Source: an uncultured Gemmatimonadaceae bacterium (GTDB taxonomy: Bacteria; Gemmatimonadota; Gemmatimonadetes; Gemmatimonadales; Gemmatimonadaceae). From it: 64,000 nucleotides of DNA. Below are positions 32,140 to 42,141 of this stretch, one piece after another (the stretch's first letter is position 1; the number at the start of each line of letters is the position of its first letter). The stretch lies in NCBI GenBank assembly GCA_963790305.1, contig CAWBOC010000007.1, forward strand, positions 96,001-160,000, read 5' to 3'. The notes below the pieces were generated by a model that was given only the letters and a program-made list of their open reading frames with translations, searched no databases and was not told where the DNA came from. The translations under genes and the position numbers were made by a program.

Positions 32140-33329
32140 CGACGTAGGCGCATCGCGCGAAGAACGCCGCCGAGCGGTCGACGAATCACGGCCATGCCGG
32201 CACGAACCCGGCTGCGGCGGCGCGTGCGAGCGAACGAGCGATCGATGGCGCGCGCGGCGTCGACACGCCCCTTCGCGAGCGCGAGCTTCCGTATGTCCTG
32301 AAGCTCGCGGTGGTCGAAAGGATGCGAGCAGTCGAACCGCGCCACCTGACGGAGGTCGATCGTCTTTCGCGGAAAGGCATCGCATCGGGCGAGCGCGCCG
32401 CAGATGTCGAGCGCCAGCATCGTCCTCAGACACTTGTTGCACGCACCGCAATTCTCGTCCGACTCCGATTCGTAGCAGACGTGCAATGCGCGGAGCGCCG
32501 GATCGCACCCGGCCAGACTCTCGATCTTCTCCGTGCGAAGATAGGCGATCGCATCGTAGACGATCGCGGTCCGGGACGTGGAGAAGAGTGGGTCGGTCGC
32601 GGGATGCGATCCCCAGGAGTGGAGATCCCGATACGCGACGCTACCCGCGATGTAGGCAGTGTGGAAGCGCTGCTCCAGGAAGAGCGCAATGCACGCGAGG
32701 CCCGCGCCATGCGCGAGGTACGACCACTGTGCTTCCCGCCATCGCGTCGAGCGGAGGTTCGTCGCCACGTCGATCAAGTGCTTGCCGAGCTCGTATGCCG
32801 CGACTCGGTGCCGGTCGCGCAATCGCGCGAACGCATCGGCACGCTCGAGCGGCACGTCGAACCCCCATACCGTGATCAGATCGTCGACCGGTGCCCGCTC
32901 GGCGGGCGCGGCCAGCGGACGAGACCGAACGGCGGTGAAGAACGAGTCCACTCCGCCGGAAAAGAACGCCGCCGCCTTCGCCGGTCGCATATCGGATGAG
33001 TCGGGGGTCGTCGGCGCCTCGATGGGTACGACCGAAACGCCGGGATACCACGCCGACCAAATGCGCATCAGCCGCTCGGCATTCGCCAGGAGCGGTGCGT
33101 CGACGGGAAGTGGAACGCGCAGCCTCTCGCCCGTATGCGCCGCCAGCGGGAGCAGGCACGCAAGCCAGGGATTGCCCGACGTCGAGAGATCGGCAGCGTG
33201 CTCCTTCGGAATGTCCAGCCAATACTCCTCGCCCGCGACCGATCCGGCGTCATATCGAACTTCGGCGCGGATTCTCGTGCGATCGGCGCCCCGTGGCGAC
33301 GCAACCAGGTCGATGTCGCGGACTTCCAT
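32136..33329 (-). CDS. PP-loop (QueC-like) ATPase with Cys cluster, function unknown
   Basis: FFSGGVDS; WGSHP; C-x8-CxxCxxC (CYESESDENCGACNKC). Confidence 0.7.
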   Translation of the reverse strand: MEVRDIDLVASPRGADRTRIRAEVRYDAGSVAGEEYWLDIPKEHAADLSTSGNPWLACLLPLAAHTGERLRVPLPVDAPLLANAERLMRIWSAWYPGVSVVPIEAPTTPDSSDMRPAKAAAFFSGGVDSFFTAVRSRPLAAPAERAPVDDLITVWGFDVPLERADAFARLRDRHRVAAYELGKHLIDVATNLRSTRWREAQWSYLAHGAGLACIALFLEQRFHTAYIAGSVAYRDLHSWGSHPATDPLFSTSRTAIVYDAIAYLRTEKIESLAGCDPALRALHVCYESESDENCGACNKCLRTMLALDICGALARCDAFPRKTIDLRQVARFDCSHPFDHRELQDIRKLALAKGRVDAARAIDRSFARTRRRSRVRAGMAVIRRPLGGVLRAMRLRR

Positions 33330-33332
33330 CGC

Positions 33333-34193
33333 TCAGATTTCCTCGGCGAAGCGGAATTCCGCGCGATGAAAGAGGATCCAGCTCGAGACAAACGTCAGGA
33401 CGGCGATCACAGCCGCGGCGGCGAACGGTCCGGCCTCCGGAAGGGTGCCGCGAAGCAGCACGTCCCGATACGCATCGATGATTGGCGTCATCGGGTTCAG
33501 CTGGAGCACGCGACCGAGCGTGCCGCCAATGCGCTCGACCGGGTACAGGACTGCTGTCGCGAACATCCACACCGTGAGTACCAGCTCGAAGATGTGCTTC
33601 ACGTCGGTGTAGAACAGATGAGCCATCGAGACCAGAAGAGCGAGTCCCGCCGTGAACGCGAGCTGTACGAGAACGATGACCGGGATGAATGTGATGCTCC
33701 AACCAACGTCGATGCCGTAGTACCACATCAGCAGAGCCAGCACGGTCGACGCGACGACGAAATCGAACAGAGAGACGAGAACGGCGGAGAACGGGAGGAC
33801 CTCGCGCGGAAAATAGACCTTCGTGACGAGATTGGGATTCGCGGTGAGCGAGGTGCCGGCGAACCGCAGCGACGCCGCGAACAGATTCCACGACCAGAGC
33901 CCGACGTACGCGTACACCGGATACGGGCTGCCGGTGTCGAGCGGGACGACGCGCGTGAAGACGACCGAGAAGATGAGCATCTGGAGAAGCGGCGCGAATA
34001 CCGCCCATCCAAATCCCATGACCGAGTTCTGGTAGCGGAGACTCAGATCGCGGCGCACGAGAGCATGGAGCAGCTCGACGTACTCGCGCTGCTCGCGAAC
34101 CATCTCGGCGACTTCGGCCATGACGGACCAGGACGTCGCCGACCCACGCCTTTCCTCGCTACGGAGTAGCGACGTGTCGGGCCCGTCGGTCAT
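33333..34193 (-). CDS. wzm: polysaccharide ABC transporter permease
   Basis: RDL..RY..S.MG..W, KVYFPRE, LNPM..II..YR. Confidence 0.93.
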   Translation of the reverse strand: MTDGPDTSLLRSEERRGSATSWSVMAEVAEMVREQREYVELLHALVRRDLSLRYQNSVMGFGWAVFAPLLQMLIFSVVFTRVVPLDTGSPYPVYAYVGLWSWNLFAASLRFAGTSLTANPNLVTKVYFPREVLPFSAVLVSLFDFVVASTVLALLMWYYGIDVGWSITFIPVIVLVQLAFTAGLALLVSMAHLFYTDVKHIFELVLTVWMFATAVLYPVERIGGTLGRVLQLNPMTPIIDAYRDVLLRGTLPEAGPFAAAAVIAVLTFVSSWILFHRAEFRFAEEI

Positions 34194-34429
34194 CAGGGTG
34201 GGTTCCGGAAGGGTCGCGCGTTAGGCGGGGCGCGCGTCTGGAAAAGAAAAGTCGGGCAGCTCGCATGAATCACGATCCGCCCGACTTTATCGATCGATCC
34301 AACTTAAGAGAGAGTGCCGCCCGACATGTGAGCCTCCTGAGGACGTGGATTTGCCATTCTGTTCACGCCTCCCCTTGCTCGCTAAACTATGCGCCCCCGG
34401 CGATCCGTCAATGGTATCCCTCCGAGGCA

Positions 34430-36220
34430 ATGGCGAATTTTCTGGTGATCGTCGACCCGGATACCGCCCGGCGACACGCGTTCATCCGGCGGGCAGAGTC
34501 GCGGCTGGCGCTGGTCGACGGGCTTTCGGTAGCCCGCCTCGATCACGGCGACTTCAGCGCCCTTTGGGCGGCCAGCCCGCGCGCGCCGACAAGCCAACAT
34601 GCCGGTTCGGACTCCGCGGCGCTCGTGTGGGGGCACGCGCTCCAGCCGAATGGGCCGATCACCGCCGAGCAGGTGGCGAAGCAGTGGACCGGATCGGCCG
34701 CCGCTCCGCCGCCCGCATTCGATGGGTATTTCGCGGCCGCCGCCTTTTGCCGCGATGGCGGCCTCGTCGTGGGAGCGGACCTCCTCGGCCTCTTCCCCGT
34801 CTACTATGCCGCGATCGACGACGTGTGCATCGCGAGCGCGACGCCCGAGCCGTTTCGGTTCCACCCGTACTTTCCCACGGCGGTCGATCACGAAGGACTG
34901 GTGGGCCTGCTGATCGTGCGAGCCCCGCTTGGCGGCAGGACCCTCCTTCGAGGGGTCTCGCGATTGTCGGCCGCTCATGCGCTGGTGTGGAAGCGGGGAG
35001 CCCCGCCGAAGGAGGTTCGTCAGTATCGAATTCCCGTAACAGAACCCACTGATCGCGCCAACTTCTCCGACCACGTCGCGGCACTCGATGACGCGCTCGC
35101 GGGGGCTGTGAAGCGACACGCCGCCTCAGCGGCCGCGCGGGGGATTCTCCTTTCCGGCGGTCGGGATTCGCGCATGTGGGCCGGCTATCTCGCTGAGGAG
35201 AACTCTCCCCTCCACGCCCTTACGCTGGGCGAGCGCGGCGACTTCGAGGTCGAATGCGCTGCTCCGGTCGCGGCGGCGTTAGGTACGATGCACGACATTG
35301 CGTCAGTCGATGACGCCGCGTACCCGTGGGCTGCGAACATTCAGGCGAACCAGGAGCATCTCATTGGCGGCTTCGGCAACGTCTTCATGTGGGGGCTCAT
35401 GGAGCCCCTTCGGCGGCTGCCGCCAACCGTTGTCACCGGCTATCTCACCGACTCCATCATCACCGGAAAGAGCATTACGCCCGGGCTCCAGGACTTCGAT
35501 ATCGTGTTGCCGAGGCTCGTACACCTGGCGCTCGCTCCCGAACAGCTCGCGCGCCTGTTGCGCCCCGACGTCTTCGGATCAGTGATCGAGGAGACTGTCG
35601 AGCGTCTTCGCGTGGCCTGGAACGACACCGCACCTCCGGAGCAGCAGCGCGCGTGGCGATTCCAGATCGCGCATTCGGAGCGGTGCCACGTCGGAGCGAT
35701 CCCGTGGCGACTCTCCTTCGGCGCGTGGCCCATACTTCCCGTGCTCGACCGGCGCGTGCTCGACACCGTTGGCGCTCTTCCCGCACCGAGCCTCGCCAAC
35801 CGAAGGGCGCAGGACGCGATCCTGCGGGCCCGTTTTCCGCGTTTGGCACGCCTTCCGCACGTGGCAGCGAACGGCGACGTCGTGGATCCGCTTCTCCCAT
35901 CCTTCCGCGCGCGCGTCGCGCGCACCGTGAGTCGCCTAACGCGCGGACGGTGGCGGCCGAACAGGGCCCCGTCCGCTGGCGAGCGGGATCGGAGGTTCAA
36001 CTACCGGATGTACGATTTCAACTCTCCCGGCTGGCGCGGCATCCGACAGCGGGCCGAGCCGGAACGCGAGCGCCTGGCGAGCCTGTTCAACATGGACGAG
36101 CTTCGAGCGTTCATTCCTCCTCCCGACGCGACGCTCGCCGTCAAGCATGGGATCTTCGACACCGTGGGCCGTAAGCTCCTTCTGGGCCTCATGCTGTGGG
36201 CGCGGGAGCATCTCCCCTGA
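34430..36220 (+). CDS. asparagine-synthase-like amidotransferase/ligase lacking N-terminal Cys
   Basis: D.LG.FPVYY, LLSGGRDSR, P.LD; begins MANF. Confidence 0.75.
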   Translation: MANFLVIVDPDTARRHAFIRRAESRLALVDGLSVARLDHGDFSALWAASPRAPTSQHAGSDSAALVWGHALQPNGPITAEQVAKQWTGSAAAPPPAFDGYFAAAAFCRDGGLVVGADLLGLFPVYYAAIDDVCIASATPEPFRFHPYFPTAVDHEGLVGLLIVRAPLGGRTLLRGVSRLSAAHALVWKRGAPPKEVRQYRIPVTEPTDRANFSDHVAALDDALAGAVKRHAASAAARGILLSGGRDSRMWAGYLAEENSPLHALTLGERGDFEVECAAPVAAALGTMHDIASVDDAAYPWAANIQANQEHLIGGFGNVFMWGLMEPLRRLPPTVVTGYLTDSIITGKSITPGLQDFDIVLPRLVHLALAPEQLARLLRPDVFGSVIEETVERLRVAWNDTAPPEQQRAWRFQIAHSERCHVGAIPWRLSFGAWPILPVLDRRVLDTVGALPAPSLANRRAQDAILRARFPRLARLPHVAANGDVVDPLLPSFRARVARTVSRLTRGRWRPNRAPSAGERDRRFNYRMYDFNSPGWRGIRQRAEPERERLASLFNMDELRAFIPPPDATLAVKHGIFDTVGRKLLLGLMLWAREHLP

Positions 36221-37449
36221 CTCACCCTCTCGCCACCCCCGCACTGCCGCACGTCCTTTTCCTGATCAACGATTTGCGCATGGGTGGCGCAGAACGGTCT
36301 CTCGTCAATTTCGTCAATCACGTCCACCGCATTCGGCCTTCGGTCGTGCTCATCGAGACCGCCGCCGATTTGCTCGCCGAGCTCCCCGGTGAGCTGAACG
36401 TCTACTCGCTCGAGACGCGTGAGCCGGTTCCGCTGTCCGGAGATGAGCTTCAGTCGGCCCGTATCGCGGCAGCAGCCGCGCGCGGAGGTCGCCCGCCTGG
36501 TCAGACGGCGCTCGAGCTGCCGGAGCTGCTTCGCAAGGCGGTATTGCTCGCGCGTCTCGCGCGCGCGACGAACGCGGCGGTGGTCTCGACATTTCTCAAT
36601 CGGTCACATACGATCGCGATCCTCGCGAAAGCGCTGTTCGCGCCGCGACTCCGCATCGTGATCAACGTTCACGAGATGCTGTCGGATCATCTGAACCGTT
36701 TCTTTTCTCCAATGGAACGGCGATTCATGCGGGCCTTCATCCGGCATGGCTTTCCGCGCGCGGAGGCGATCGTCGCGGTCTCCGATGGGGTGAAGCAGGA
36801 TCTGGTCAGGCACTTCTCCATAGCGCCCGATCGGATCACGGTGGTACCCAATCCCGTCAACATCGAGCGAATCCGACATCTCGGCGCCGACGCGCTCGAC
36901 ATCGAGCACGCCTCCGCGCTGGTTGTAGCCGTGGGACGACTGGTGCACCTCAAGGGCTTCGACCTCTTGATTCGTGCGTTCGCCAAGCTTCGGCTCTCGC
37001 CTCCCCCCAGGCTGATCATCATCGGCGAGGGCGACCAGCGCGCGACGCTCGAGACGCTGATCGCCGAGCTGCGCCTCGGCGATCGCGTCACCCTGCTCGG
37101 CAGGCAGGCGAATCCGTGGAGGGTCATGGCGCGAGCCGACGTCGTAGCGCTGGCATCGCGATCGGAGGCATTTCCGAACGTCATCGGCGAAGCGCTCGCG
37201 CTCGGTCGTCCGGTGATCGCCACCGAGTGCTCGCCCGGCATCGCTGAGTATCTGGATCATGGACGGTACGGCGTGCTCGTCCCCCCTGAGGATGTGGACG
37301 CGCTCGCGGCCGGCCTCGAGCGAATGCTCACCGACGAGGATCTACGGCGCGAGCTCACCACGCATGGGGTGAGGCGCGTCGAGGCGTTCGCCCTTCAGCC
37401 GGTCGTCGAGCGCTACGAAACCACCCTCCTCGCCGGCACGCGGGCGTGA
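36196..37449 (+). CDS. GT4 glycosyltransferase
   Basis: GGAER, AVS..VK, VGRL...KG, EAFPNV..EA...G.PV. Confidence 0.92.
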   Translation: MGAGASPLTHPLATPALPHVLFLINDLRMGGAERSLVNFVNHVHRIRPSVVLIETAADLLAELPGELNVYSLETREPVPLSGDELQSARIAAAAARGGRPPGQTALELPELLRKAVLLARLARATNAAVVSTFLNRSHTIAILAKALFAPRLRIVINVHEMLSDHLNRFFSPMERRFMRAFIRHGFPRAEAIVAVSDGVKQDLVRHFSIAPDRITVVPNPVNIERIRHLGADALDIEHASALVVAVGRLVHLKGFDLLIRAFAKLRLSPPPRLIIIGEGDQRATLETLIAELRLGDRVTLLGRQANPWRVMARADVVALASRSEAFPNVIGEALALGRPVIATECSPGIAEYLDHGRYGVLVPPEDVDALAAGLERMLTDEDLRRELTTHGVRRVEAFALQPVVERYETTLLAGTRA

Positions 37450-38531
37450 GCCGCATCGTCACCGTGTACAGCGGTTCGCTGCGACCAGCGCGCCAGGTCG
37501 AAATGGGATTCATCCGGTGGTTCCGGGTGTCCGCCGCGCTCGCCGCGCTGGGACATAGCGTCGACATCGCGAGCGCCGAGCTTCGGCGTCGCTTGTTCCG
37601 AAGCGTCGAGACGATCGAGCCGAACCTGCGCATCGTGCCCATCTCCCGCGTGCGGTGGCGCGACTACGATGTCGTGAAGACGCTCTTTCACAGCGGGTTC
37701 GAGACACTCGAGCGATACGGAGGCGCAGACCATCCCTTCATCATCGCGAAGCTGGGCTCGGTCGTGGGCCCGACGGATATGGAAGGTGTCTTTTTCTATG
37801 GCAAGCAGCGAGAGGACATGTTCCGCATCCAGGAACGGATTGCCCGTGTCGCCCGCTACGTCACACTGCTGAGCGAGCCCGCCGTCGATCTGTGGCGCAG
37901 CGCCCACGGCCCGGGTACCCGGGTGCTCGTCGTTCCAGGCGCGGCCAGCGCGGTGATTCCGCCTCCGACGCGCAGCCCATATCCCCGCGACGGACGAGCC
38001 CCGGTGGTCTTTGCGGGCAACTTCTACAGCCAGCATCGCGGGAGCCAGCCCGAGGCACACCGGACGCTCGCGAGCAAGCTCAATCGGCTCGGTGCCTTGC
38101 TTCACGAGCGCGCGGCGCGTCTGTATGTGGTGGGCACCGGCGATCGGCACAGCCTCGATGCGCACCACGTCAGCTATTGCGGCGAGGTGCCTTACGACGA
38201 CTCCTGGGACTACATGTACTTTGCCGCAGTGGGAATCGTCGTCACCGCCGGCGGTCGCATGCACAACAACGAGAGCACGAAGATCTACCACTATCTGCGC
38301 GCGGGGCTCCCCGTGGTCAGCGAGGCCGGTTTTCCGAACGATCACGTGGTCACCGAATCGGGTCTCGGGCACGTCGTCGAGAACGGCGACCTTGAAGCGA
38401 TGGCGCACCGCATCGAGGAATCGCTGCACACCCGGTGGGACCGAGAGCGCGCCGTCCGCTACATCCTCGACCAGCACACCTGGGAGAAGAGAGCGGAGAT
38501 TTACGACCACGTGCTTCGCGGCACTGAATGA
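37446..38531 (+). CDS. GT-B (GT4-like) glycosyltransferase
   Basis: KIYHYLRAGLPVV and HTWEKRA C-terminal motifs; coupled in the operon. Confidence 0.75.
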   Translation: MSRIVTVYSGSLRPARQVEMGFIRWFRVSAALAALGHSVDIASAELRRRLFRSVETIEPNLRIVPISRVRWRDYDVVKTLFHSGFETLERYGGADHPFIIAKLGSVVGPTDMEGVFFYGKQREDMFRIQERIARVARYVTLLSEPAVDLWRSAHGPGTRVLVVPGAASAVIPPPTRSPYPRDGRAPVVFAGNFYSQHRGSQPEAHRTLASKLNRLGALLHERAARLYVVGTGDRHSLDAHHVSYCGEVPYDDSWDYMYFAAVGIVVTAGGRMHNNESTKIYHYLRAGLPVVSEAGFPNDHVVTESGLGHVVENGDLEAMAHRIEESLHTRWDRERAVRYILDQHTWEKRAEIYDHVLRGTE

Positions 38532-40099
38532 CTGCGCCGCAGCCGACAGCTACCGGCTACTTCCGCACGAGCGCCGGCCAGTGGACCATCGCGGCGGCTT
38601 TCCTGGTCGTGTTCGTCGCGCTCTCCTGGCTGCAGCGCGTTCCCTCGCTGACGACTGCCAACGACGACGCGACGTATGTCCTGCTTTCGCGATCCCTTCG
38701 CGATGGCGGGTACAACTCGATCCATCTCGTGGGCGCCCCTGTCCACACGAAGTATCCGCCGGTGTTTCCCGTGTTGCTCGCGGGTGTGTCCGCCGTTGCC
38801 GGGGAGTCGATCGACGCCTTCCTGGCGGTGAACATCGCTCTGTCGGTCGCGGCGCTGGCCCTCATCTTCGCAGTCACCAGGCGCCTTTTCCCGCCGGTCG
38901 TCGCGTTCGGCGCCCTCGCGATGGCCGCGTCCAACCCATCCCTCCACGGCACATCCGGCACGGTGATGAGCGAGCCCGCGTTCCTCGCTCTCATCGCGTT
39001 GACGGTCTGGATGCTCTCACGAGTGCCGCTGACGACGCGAAGCATCGCGCTGGCCTGTGCGTGCGCGACGCTCGCGGCGCTCGCTCGGACCGTCGGCGCG
39101 ACCCTCGTTCTGGCGGTGCTCGCCTTCCTCCTGCTCGAGCGACGGTGGCGCTCGGCCGCCGTGTACGCAGGTGTCATTGCGCTGGCGGTGGTCGGTGCGT
39201 CGCTCTGGCTGCGGTCCCGCGCGATGCCGGAGCTCGCGGCCGATTACATCACTGACGCGCTCACGACAGGAACCCAGACATCACCGAATCCAGTCACGCT
39301 CCTCGCCGGGCGCGTTGTCGCGAACGCTCCGCAGTATGCCGCCACGCTCCTCTCGGTGTTCTCGTTTCCGACGATCGGTGGGACGATCATCGACAACCTG
39401 CTGTGGCTGGCGATCACGTGCGTGGGACTGGCAGCTGGTCTCCTTCTCCTCTGGCGACGCTGGAGAATCGTTCCCCTCTTCGCGCTCATCTATGGCGCGC
39501 TACTCCTTGCCTGGCCGTGGGTGATTGGGCGCTTCGTCGTGCCGTTGCTTCCACTCCTCGCTGTCGCGTTCGTCGCCGGAACCTACGCGCTGCTCGAGCG
39601 ATGGGGCTCCCGGCCCGCGTTCGCGGTCGTGATGGCGCTCGTGGCGATCATTACGATCACGGGATTCACCCGAGCCGCGTTGCGGGTGGCGACGAGATCG
39701 CAATGCGAGCGCGAGCAGGCGATGCTCGCTCCCTCGTGCTTCAACGCCGATCAGCTGAGCTTCTTCGCCGCCGCGCGATACGTCGGGGACCACACACCAT
39801 CCTCGGCCATCGTGATGAGCGCGTATGAGGGGACGTTCTTCTATCTCGCGAACCGCCGCCTGGTGCCGGTCGATTCGATCAACGCACTCCCACCGGAGGA
39901 TGCCGCGGCATTTCTGCGGCGTGAGAACGTCTCTTACGCAGTGGTGAATCACGTGGCCTTCGCTGCCCTTCCCTTCTCGGAACGCTTGCTGAGCGCATGC
40001 AATTACCTGGAGCCGGTCGCCGAGTTTCCGCCACGAACGACGGTCTTCCGAGTGCTCCCGAGCGCAGCACGGGATGCAGCGGGCGTGCGGAATGCTTGA
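38528..40099 (+). CDS. GT-C (ArnT/PMT-like) membrane glycosyltransferase
   Basis: DDATY..L..SL..G, YPP.FP, MSE, many TM helices, periplasmic C-terminal domain. Confidence 0.75.
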   Translation: MTAPQPTATGYFRTSAGQWTIAAAFLVVFVALSWLQRVPSLTTANDDATYVLLSRSLRDGGYNSIHLVGAPVHTKYPPVFPVLLAGVSAVAGESIDAFLAVNIALSVAALALIFAVTRRLFPPVVAFGALAMAASNPSLHGTSGTVMSEPAFLALIALTVWMLSRVPLTTRSIALACACATLAALARTVGATLVLAVLAFLLLERRWRSAAVYAGVIALAVVGASLWLRSRAMPELAADYITDALTTGTQTSPNPVTLLAGRVVANAPQYAATLLSVFSFPTIGGTIIDNLLWLAITCVGLAAGLLLLWRRWRIVPLFALIYGALLLAWPWVIGRFVVPLLPLLAVAFVAGTYALLERWGSRPAFAVVMALVAIITITGFTRAALRVATRSQCEREQAMLAPSCFNADQLSFFAAARYVGDHTPSSAIVMSAYEGTFFYLANRRLVPVDSINALPPEDAAAFLRRENVSYAVVNHVAFAALPFSERLLSACNYLEPVAEFPPRTTVFRVLPSAARDAAGVRNA

Positions 40100-40167
40100 G
40101 GCATTCCGCCGCGGGGCCGGGGAGTTTCTGCCGCAGATTTTCTAGGAGTCCGCGCAAGTGCCGTAGT

Positions 40168-40262
40168 GCATCACCACAGAGGCACGGAGGACACGGAGAC
40201 GGCCAACTGCAGGGCGTTTGCAGTTGACCGTCTCCGTGTCCTCCGTGCCTCTGTGGTGATGC
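40168..40262. repeat. 44-bp near-perfect inverted repeat (CACRGAG units)
   Basis: Arms 40168-40211 and 40219-40262, one mismatch, 7-nt loop. Confidence 0.92.
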
Positions 40263-40551
40263 GGTTGGCTAGTTGCGCGATGTGCCCGGCGGCGATCTGC
40301 CCTTGGACTGTTGCAGGCGAGCATCAGCGCGTGTTTCCGGCGCGACGTAGGGAGTCACAAAGCCAAAGGCGACCGCGGCATCGCCGGCTTGGATTCGAAT
40401 ACTTAACTCTCGCCCCACGAAGCTCTTAAGGCTCGCCTCGGCCACTCGAGCGGCCGCCCGCAATTTCCCTGGGCCCGGGCCGGGAAAATGCTCTCCCCGC
40501 AACGCCGCACGCACGGATCCCCGCCGCTGCCCCACCCGTATCGGAGTTTGC

Positions 40552-42141
40552 GTGAGACAGGGAACACGGCCGCTCCCCGAGGTGGCCGAGACGAGTGAAA
40601 TCGACGCCGAACACTCGCCTTGCCGTAGAGTAGATCGCCTCCGCTCCGAGGATCACGTCGTCATCGCCGGAGCGGGGCCCGCCGGGCTGACCGCTGCGTA
40701 TCTCCTGGCCAAGGAGGGAGCGCGCGTCACCGTGCTGGAAGCCGATGACGTCGTGGGTGGAATCGCGCGAACGGTCGAGTACCGGGGATACCGATTCGAT
40801 ATCGGCGGCCATCGCTTCTTCACCAAGATCGCGCCCGTCGAGGCCTTGTGGCGCGAGCTACTCGCCGACGACCTCATCAAGGTCCCGCGACTCTCTCGCA
40901 TTCACTATGACGGGCGGTACTTCGACTATCCGCTCAAGGCGACCAACGCCCTTCGCGGGCTCGGCTTCTTCAACACGCTTCGGGTCCTGGCGAGCTACAT
41001 CCGGGCGCACCTCTGGCCGAGCAAGGTCGAGGACACGTTCGAGCAGTGGGTGACCAACCGGTTCGGCCGTCGCCTCTACGAGATCTTCTTCAAGACGTAC
41101 ACCGAGAAGGTGTGGGGTATTCCCTGCTCCGAGATCCGGGCCGAGTGGGCCGCGCAGCGCATTCAGGGCCTGTCGCTATGGAAGGCGATGTGGTCGGCGA
41201 CCGCCCTGCAGCGGCGGTCCGACAGCATCAAGACGCTCATTCATGAGTTCGACTACCCGCGCCTCGGTCCCGGACAGATGTGGGAGCGTGCGCGCGATCG
41301 CGTGATCGAGATGGGCGGGGACGTGCGCACGAACCATCGCGTGGTCAAGCTCGAGCGTCGCGATGGTCGCGTGATCGCGGTGCGAGCGCGCACACCGCAC
41401 GGCGAAGTGCGAATTCCGACCGACCATTTCATCAGCACCATGCCGGTGGGAGAGCTCGTGCACGCGTGCACGCCGGAAGCGCCGCGGGCGGTACAGCGCG
41501 CAGGTGATGGATTGAATTACCGCGACCTGCTCGTCGTCGCGCTCATCGTGCGCCAGCCCGATCTGTTCCCGGACAACTGGATCTACATCCACACGCCGGG
41601 CGTACGCGTCGGTCGCATTCAGAATCTGAGTAACTGGAGCCGCGCGATGGTTCCCGACCCGGCGACGAGCTGCGTCGAGATGGAGTACTTCTGCTTCGAG
41701 GGCGACGAGCTGTGGACCCGTCGCGACGAAGACCTCATTGCGCTCGCGCAGCGTGAGCTCGCGCAACTTGGACTGGCGGACGCATCGCTCGTCGTTGACG
41801 GCACCGTGGTGCGCACGCCGAAAGCGTATCCCGTCTACGACTCGACGTACCGCTCACACCTCGATGTCGTGCGCCGCTGGCTGGATGGCATCCCGAACCT
41901 GCACACCATTGGGCGCAATGGGATGCACAAGTACAACAACCAGGACCACTCGATGCTCACGGCCATGCTCGCGCTCGACAACATGCATGGCGCCGCGCAC
42001 GACCTGTGGGAAGTGAACACCGACTACGAGTATCACGAGCATCAGCGTGTGACCGAGCCCGTCATCCGCCCCGCTCGCCGCGGGGCGCGATCCCGATCGC
42101 TCGGGCGCCGGTGGCTCACGCCGCAACCGGAAGTCACGTGA
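40552..42141 (+). CDS. FAD-dependent oxidoreductase (Glf/protoporphyrinogen-oxidase-like, glycan-locus type); start uncertain
   Basis: GAGPAGL, DIGGHRFF, YTEKVWG, DNWIY, GRNGMHKYNNQDHSM. Confidence 0.85.
   Translation: MRQGTRPLPEVAETSEIDAEHSPCRRVDRLRSEDHVVIAGAGPAGLTAAYLLAKEGARVTVLEADDVVGGIARTVEYRGYRFDIGGHRFFTKIAPVEALWRELLADDLIKVPRLSRIHYDGRYFDYPLKATNALRGLGFFNTLRVLASYIRAHLWPSKVEDTFEQWVTNRFGRRLYEIFFKTYTEKVWGIPCSEIRAEWAAQRIQGLSLWKAMWSATALQRRSDSIKTLIHEFDYPRLGPGQMWERARDRVIEMGGDVRTNHRVVKLERRDGRVIAVRARTPHGEVRIPTDHFISTMPVGELVHACTPEAPRAVQRAGDGLNYRDLLVVALIVRQPDLFPDNWIYIHTPGVRVGRIQNLSNWSRAMVPDPATSCVEMEYFCFEGDELWTRRDEDLIALAQRELAQLGLADASLVVDGTVVRTPKAYPVYDSTYRSHLDVVRRWLDGIPNLHTIGRNGMHKYNNQDHSMLTAMLALDNMHGAAHDLWEVNTDYEYHEHQRVTEPVIRPARRGARSRSLGRRWLTPQPEVT

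Noticed and set aside
34430..36220. Lasso peptide cluster
   Set aside because: No precursor, B1/B2 protein or peptide exporter; the context is glycosyltransferases
40350..40417. tRNA-like stretch (GGGAGTC...TTCGAAT...CTCTCGCCCCA)
   Set aside because: The T-stem does not pair and there are no convincing D or anticodon arms
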